64,000 nucleotides of DNA, taken from assembly GCA_051007055.1 (NCBI GenBank), contig JBPCSO010000080.1, forward strand, positions 2,702 through 66,701, written 5' to 3'. The notes beneath the pieces were generated by a model. The model searched no databases and had not been told where the DNA came from. It worked only from the letters and a program-made list of their open reading frames with translations. Below are positions 59,390 through 64,000 of this stretch, one piece after another; position 1 is the stretch's first letter; the number at the start of each line of letters is the position of its first letter. The DNA is from Roseomonas sp. Its GTDB lineage: Bacteria; Pseudomonadota; Alphaproteobacteria; Acetobacterales; Acetobacteraceae. Made by a program: the position numbers and the translations under genes.

Positions 59390-60400
59390 TCAATCAGAGT
59401 CAGGCGGGATGACATTGGTATTCAAGCCTTCCACCAGCACATCGCGCATGGTCTCCGCACTTTTCAGGCGAATATCATCCCAGGCCTGCGGCGTATGGAA
59501 GGCGATATGCGGCGTGATGATCAGCCGGCCCGCGAGCCATTCTTCCTTGTTGCGATAGGCTTGCAGCAGGGTGGGCACGGGTTCCACCGGCGGTTCGACC
59601 GGGATCACATCCAGCCCCGCCGCCGCCACATGCCCATCGCGCAACACACGCTCCAAAGCATCAATATCCAGAATGGGGCCGCGCGCCGTGTTCACCACCA
59701 CGGCATCCTTCGGCAGCAGCCGCAATTCACGCTCCCCAATCAAACCCCGCGTTTTGCGCGTGAGGGGACAATGGATGGAAAGCACATCGGCCTGCGCCAG
59801 CATTTCATCCATGGTGCGGCAGCGCGTGACACCAATGGCGCGGTCTGACCCATTGGGCAAAGCCGGATCATAAAACACCACGCGATAGCCAAGCGCCTTG
59901 GCGCGCAAGGCAGCGGCGGTCCCGATGCGCCCAAGGCCCAGAATGCCGAAGGTCTGCACATCCTGCCGACGCACTGCCGGGTGGGGCATCACCGCCCATT
60001 TCGCGGGCGTCGGGCCGCGTTGCGTATCGTGATACAGCGTCAAACCGCGCCGCAAGCCAAGCGCCATCAGCACCGCGAATTCCGCCACTTCCTGCGTGCC
60101 ATAATCCGGCACATTGCAGACCTTGATGCCGCGCGCCGCGCAGGCCGCGCGATCCACCCTATCATACCCAACCCCCATGCGGATCACGACCTTGAGCTTC
60201 GGGAAACGCGCAATCTGATCCGCCGGCACCGCCATGCGCAGCGTCATCAAGCCTTCCGCCTGTTGGCAGAGCTCATCGGGCAATTCCGCGAGGGATGACT
60301 TGCACGCCCCCTGCAGGATGCGCACGCCTGGCCCCATGATGCGTTGTTCCAAATCCGTCTCGGGATAGAGCCCTTCCGGTTCAAGCACGGTCAATGTCAT
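59390..60400 (-). CDS. D-isomer-specific 2-hydroxyacid dehydrogenase (CtBP-like)
   Basis: R.GVGYD.VD, NVPDYG, GLGRIG, NTARG, DV..VEP and TPHIAF motifs; ATG 60400 after a GGGA RBS. Confidence 0.9.
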   Translation of the reverse strand: MTLTVLEPEGLYPETDLEQRIMGPGVRILQGACKSSLAELPDELCQQAEGLMTLRMAVPADQIARFPKLKVVIRMGVGYDRVDRAACAARGIKVCNVPDYGTQEVAEFAVLMALGLRRGLTLYHDTQRGPTPAKWAVMPHPAVRRQDVQTFGILGLGRIGTAAALRAKALGYRVVFYDPALPNGSDRAIGVTRCRTMDEMLAQADVLSIHCPLTRKTRGLIGERELRLLPKDAVVVNTARGPILDIDALERVLRDGHVAAAGLDVIPVEPPVEPVPTLLQAYRNKEEWLAGRLIITPHIAFHTPQAWDDIRLKSAETMRDVLVEGLNTNVIPPDSD

Positions 60401-60510
60401 CTGGCATTCCCTTGGGAGGTTGATTGCGGAACAGGATGGGGCGGGCGGGCGGGGCTGGCAATGGCGCCGCGCTGGCTTATCCTGTCCCAAAACAGGAAAG
60501 GCGCGGGACC

Positions 60511-61260
60511 ATGGCGGCAAGACGCATTCTGATTACCGGGGCAGCGAGTGGCATTGGCGCAGCCTCTGCCCGCGCCCTGGCCGCACCTGGCGTGGCGCTG
60601 CTGCTGCACACGCGCGCCAATCGTGCAGGCTTGGCGCGGGTTGCCGCCGCAGCACGAGAGAAAGGGGCACACGTCACCGAAGCCTTCGCCGATTTCACCG
60701 AAGCCGAGGCCCCCGCGCGGCTGATCGCGGAAACGATCACCGCGCTTGGTGGCTTGGATGTGGTGGTGGCCAATGCCGGCTTTGCTGATCGCACACCCAT
60801 CGCGGCGCTGACCGATGCCGGCTTCGCCAAAAGCCATGAGGCCATCACCTTCAGCCTGCTGCGCTTGGCGCGCGCTGCCGCGCCGCTTCTCGCCACCGGC
60901 GACGACCCGCGCCTGATCGCGGTTTCTTCCTTTGTCGCGCATCTATTCCGCAATGATGTCACCACCTTCCCCGCCTCGGCCGCCGCCAAGGCAGCCGTGG
61001 AAGCGCTGGTCCGCGCGCTGGCCATTGAATGGGCGCCCAAGGTCACGGTGAATGCGGTGGTGCCTGGCTATACGCAAAAAGACCCCGGTGCCCATGCCGC
61101 GCTTTCGGCGGCGCAATGGGCCGAAATCACCGCACGCATTCCCTTGCAGCGGCTGGGCACGCCTGATGATGTTGCCGCCACCATCGCTTTTTTGGCCTCA
61201 CCGGGCGCGGGGTACATCACCGGGCAATCCATCCATGTCAGCGGCGGTGTGGTGATGTGA
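60511..61260 (+). CDS. SDR family oxidoreductase lacking the canonical catalytic Tyr
   Basis: TGAASGIG and NAG motifs; YxxxK position reads SAAAK; VNAVVPG; ITGQ.I.V.GG. Confidence 0.85.
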   Translation: MAARRILITGAASGIGAASARALAAPGVALLLHTRANRAGLARVAAAAREKGAHVTEAFADFTEAEAPARLIAETITALGGLDVVVANAGFADRTPIAALTDAGFAKSHEAITFSLLRLARAAAPLLATGDDPRLIAVSSFVAHLFRNDVTTFPASAAAKAAVEALVRALAIEWAPKVTVNAVVPGYTQKDPGAHAALSAAQWAEITARIPLQRLGTPDDVAATIAFLASPGAGYITGQSIHVSGGVVM

Positions 61261-62516
61261 TGCGGCGCCTATTTTGGGTGTTCCTGCTGCTGGCTGCGCC
61301 CGCTTTGGCGCAGGATTTATCGGGTCATGGCGGACCGGTGCGCGCCGTTTTGCCCCTGGCCGATGGGCAGCATATTGTCTCTGCCGGCTTTGATCACGCT
61401 GTGATCCTGTGGGATGCGCGCGCCGGTCAGGCTCGTGCGGTCGCACGCTGGCATCGCGGCAGCGTGAATGCGCTGGCGTTGCTGCCCGATGGGCGCATCG
61501 CCAGCGCCGGCGAAGGCGGGCGCATCGCGCTTTGGGCGCCGGGGCTTGGCGCGGCGCCGGCGCAAATCCTGGAAGGGCATAGCGGGCAGATCGTGGGGCT
61601 TGCGGCGCGAGACGGGCTTCTAGCCTCCGCCGCCTGGGATGGCACGGTCAGGCTTTGGAACCTTGCCGATGGCAGCGCGCAAGTCCTGGAAGGCCATCGC
61701 GGCCAGGTGAATGCCGTCGCCTTCCGACCCGATGGCGCGCTGATCAGCGCGGGCTTTGACGGCACCATCCGCCTTTGGGCAGCGGATGGCAGCAACCAGA
61801 TCATCGCCGAAGCCGGCTTGCCCGTGAACGCCCTTGTCGCGCTACCCGATGGCGGCCTCGCTGCCGGCGGCGTGGATGGCATGCTGCGCCTGATCGCGCC
61901 CAATGGCGCGATGCGGGAAGTGGAAGCGGTGGCGCGGCCCATTGTTGCACTCAGCCTTGATGCGGCAGGTGCCCGTTTGGCGGTGGCGTCCCTCGGCGGC
62001 AATGTGACGCTATGGGGCGTTGAGACCATGCGCCTGATGCACACGCTGGAAGGCCCGGGCCTGCCGGTTTGGTCGGTGGCCTTCGCCCCTGATGGGCGCT
62101 TGCTTTGGACCGGCGGCGCGGATCGGCAAGTGCGGCGCTGGAATGCGCTGAGCGGGCGCGCCATCGGCCCCATCGCCGCGCCCGCCACCACGGAATTGCC
62201 CCAGGGCTTGGATGCCCATGGCGCGCAGGTGTTTCGCGCCTGCAGCGCCTGCCATGCACTCACGCCCGATGCCGGCCCCATGGCAGGCCCGCATCTGTAT
62301 GGCGTTTTTGGCCGCCGCATGGGCTCGCTGCCCGGCTATGCCTATTCGGAACGCCTGGCGCGCGGGGATATCATCTGGGATGCGACGACTATCGGCGATC
62401 TATTCACGCGCGGCCCCGATGTGGTGACGCCAGGGACAAAAATGCCGGTGCAGCGCGTGGATAATGCGGAAGATTTGGAGGCGTTGCTGCGGTTTTTGGA
62501 ACAGGCGACGCGATAA
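61260..62516 (+). CDS. Exported WD40 beta-propeller fused to a C-terminal class I cytochrome c
   Basis: Sec signal (LLLAAPALA), repeated GH...V......W repeats, CSACH heme motif, GPHLYG, PGTKMP axial Met; TGATG overlap with the SDR stop. Confidence 0.88.
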   Translation: MRRLFWVFLLLAAPALAQDLSGHGGPVRAVLPLADGQHIVSAGFDHAVILWDARAGQARAVARWHRGSVNALALLPDGRIASAGEGGRIALWAPGLGAAPAQILEGHSGQIVGLAARDGLLASAAWDGTVRLWNLADGSAQVLEGHRGQVNAVAFRPDGALISAGFDGTIRLWAADGSNQIIAEAGLPVNALVALPDGGLAAGGVDGMLRLIAPNGAMREVEAVARPIVALSLDAAGARLAVASLGGNVTLWGVETMRLMHTLEGPGLPVWSVAFAPDGRLLWTGGADRQVRRWNALSGRAIGPIAAPATTELPQGLDAHGAQVFRACSACHALTPDAGPMAGPHLYGVFGRRMGSLPGYAYSERLARGDIIWDATTIGDLFTRGPDVVTPGTKMPVQRVDNAEDLEALLRFLEQATR

Positions 62517-62518
62517 GT

Positions 62519-63394
62519 TCAGCCCACCTCCATCGGTAGGCTTTCATCCTTCGCCCATTCATTCATGGAGGCATCATAAACCGCGATATCCTCATGCCCC
62601 AGCTGATGCAGCAGAAAGGCATCAAGCGTCGCGGCAATGCCGCCACCGCAATAAATCAGCTTACGCTTGCCCTGATCCGCGCCAATCGCGGCAAAGGCCG
62701 CCGCCACCCGATCCGGCGATTTCAGCTTGAAGCTGCCTGATTCAAACAAGGATGCCGCTGGCAGATTGACGCTGCCAGGGATGCGCCCTGGCCGGCCATA
62801 GCGCGGATTCTCGCCGCTATGCAGATCAGGCGCCAGCGCATTGATGGAACAGGTGCCGCCATCACCAATCGCGGCCAGCATGTCATCCCGCCCGACGAAT
62901 AATCCGGGCCGAGGCTTCGCGCGTAAAGTCGCCGGGGCATAACGTGTTTCCGAGGTTGCAATCGCGCGGCCCTCTGCCACCCAGGCATCAATCCCGCCAT
63001 CCAATATCGCGGCATTGTCAAAGCCAATGGCGCGCATCATCCACCAAACCCGCGTCGCCCATTGCGGTGTCTTGCGGGAATAGAGAACAACACGCGTGCC
63101 ATCGCCAATGCCGCGCGCCCCCAGCCGCGCCGCCAGATCATCCGGCGCTGGCATGGTGAAATTGAAACGGTTTGAACGATCGGAAAGCTCACCCTGCAAA
63201 TCAAGGAAACTGGCGCCCGGGATATGCCCGGCATCGTAATCCTCTCGCCCGCTTTTGATGGAATAGGGGCGGCCCGTGCCGGTTTCGTACAAAAGATAGG
63301 TGGTGCAGTCGAAGATACGAAGCTTCGGATCACCCAGATTGGCCGCAAGCCATGCGGTGCTGACAATCGCGTCCGGGTGGGCGTAAGCGGCCAT
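62519..63394 (-). CDS. sseA: Two-domain rhodanese / 3-mercaptopyruvate sulfurtransferase family
   Basis: GHIPGA, ILDGG..AW, GRIPGS, active loop YCGGGIAA and YDASM.EW motifs. Confidence 0.85.
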   Translation of the reverse strand: MAAYAHPDAIVSTAWLAANLGDPKLRIFDCTTYLLYETGTGRPYSIKSGREDYDAGHIPGASFLDLQGELSDRSNRFNFTMPAPDDLAARLGARGIGDGTRVVLYSRKTPQWATRVWWMMRAIGFDNAAILDGGIDAWVAEGRAIATSETRYAPATLRAKPRPGLFVGRDDMLAAIGDGGTCSINALAPDLHSGENPRYGRPGRIPGSVNLPAASLFESGSFKLKSPDRVAAAFAAIGADQGKRKLIYCGGGIAATLDAFLLHQLGHEDIAVYDASMNEWAKDESLPMEVG

Positions 63395-63454
63395 GGGGTC
63401 CTCCTGATCTGTCGCACCAAGCCTGCACTTATCGCGGCGCGCACCGCAAGCGCA

Positions 63455-64000
63455 TCAGGCACGCAAGCGGTGGATGGTGACCTCGCGCAGCTCACGATCT
63501 TCCAATTCGCGCGTGGTCGGCACGCGATAATGCGCGATGGATTCAAGCCCGGCTTTCGGCAAATAGGCGCGGCCCGGATCGGCGATCAGCACTTCTGCCC
63601 CTGCCGAGACAAGACCGCGCAGCCAGGGCAGGATATGCGCGGTCATCGGCGCTTCGTAGCAGACATCGCCCGCGAAAATCACATCCCAACGGCAAGGCGC
63701 GCCGACCACATCGCCGGGCGGGGTTGCCACCACCACACCATTCAAGGCCGCATTCAGGCGCACGGCGGCGAGCGCAAGCGGGTCAATTTCGGCGGCTTCA
63801 ACCTCGGCGGCGCCGGCCTGCATGGCGGCAATGGCGGCAATGCCGCAGCCGGCGGCGAAATCCAGCACGCGCTTGCCGGCGACCAGCTTTGGATCATCCA
63901 GAACCGCCCGCGCCAAAGCCTGCCCGCCGGGCCAGGCAAAAGCCCAGAAGGGCGGTTCGATGTTATGTTGCGCAAGCCAAACCTCAGTCGCTTGCCAGAT
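63455..64000 (-). CDS. Class I SAM-dependent protein methyltransferase (METTL20/ETFB-KMT-like); 5' end outside the window
   Basis: The frame is open to the window edge: IWQATE..EPPFWAFAWPGGQALAR, VLDFAAGCG, GDVCYE and DPGR motifs. Confidence 0.8.
   Translation of the reverse strand: MWQATEVWLAQHNIEPPFWAFAWPGGQALARAVLDDPKLVAGKRVLDFAAGCGIAAIAAMQAGAAEVEAAEIDPLALAAVRLNAALNGVVVATPPGDVVGAPCRWDVIFAGDVCYEAPMTAHILPWLRGLVSAGAEVLIADPGRAYLPKAGLESIAHYRVPTTRELEDRELREVTIHRLRA

Noticed and set aside
63455-63916. ORF-track start at 63916 for the methyltransferase
   Set aside because: The frame stays open with conserved motifs up to base 64000, so the true start is outside the window.

Overview
A GC-rich (roughly low-60s %) alphaproteobacterial chromosomal window. 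The gene content and protein style suggest Acetobacteraceae/Roseomonas-like, which is an inference. Most of it is core metabolism: ureDABC, tkt-gap-pgk, miaB-phoH-ybeY-corC-lnt-xre, metXW, chorismate mutase-hisC-tyrC, accD-folC, tRNA-Thr(GGT), eno, recJ and glpX. No integrase, transposase, CRISPR array or rRNA was seen. The most unusual observations are these. (1) The urease gamma subunit carries a 54-aa histone-H1-like Lys/Ala/Pro tail and is still translationally coupled to ureB. (2) A ~0.6-kb low-GC islet is inserted in the 3' end of folC; folC now ends in a synonymously recoded copy and the displaced copy lies 595 bp away. (3) A compact, coupled GT4 glycosyltransferase / highly reducing type I PKS / alpha-oxoamine synthase operon (WcbR/WcbT- or RkpA/RkpG-like) has no capsule-export genes nearby. 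(4) Two modular hairpin-AAACAATA-CTAG-hairpin-CTAG elements are present, one amplified into a 57-bp tandem array inside a Zur-boxed metal ABC operon. Also noted are a structured leader before terC, two small ORFs missed by the ORF track, a WD40-cytochrome c fusion, and enzymes with altered catalytic motifs. All assignments come from reading motifs by eye; no database searches were run.
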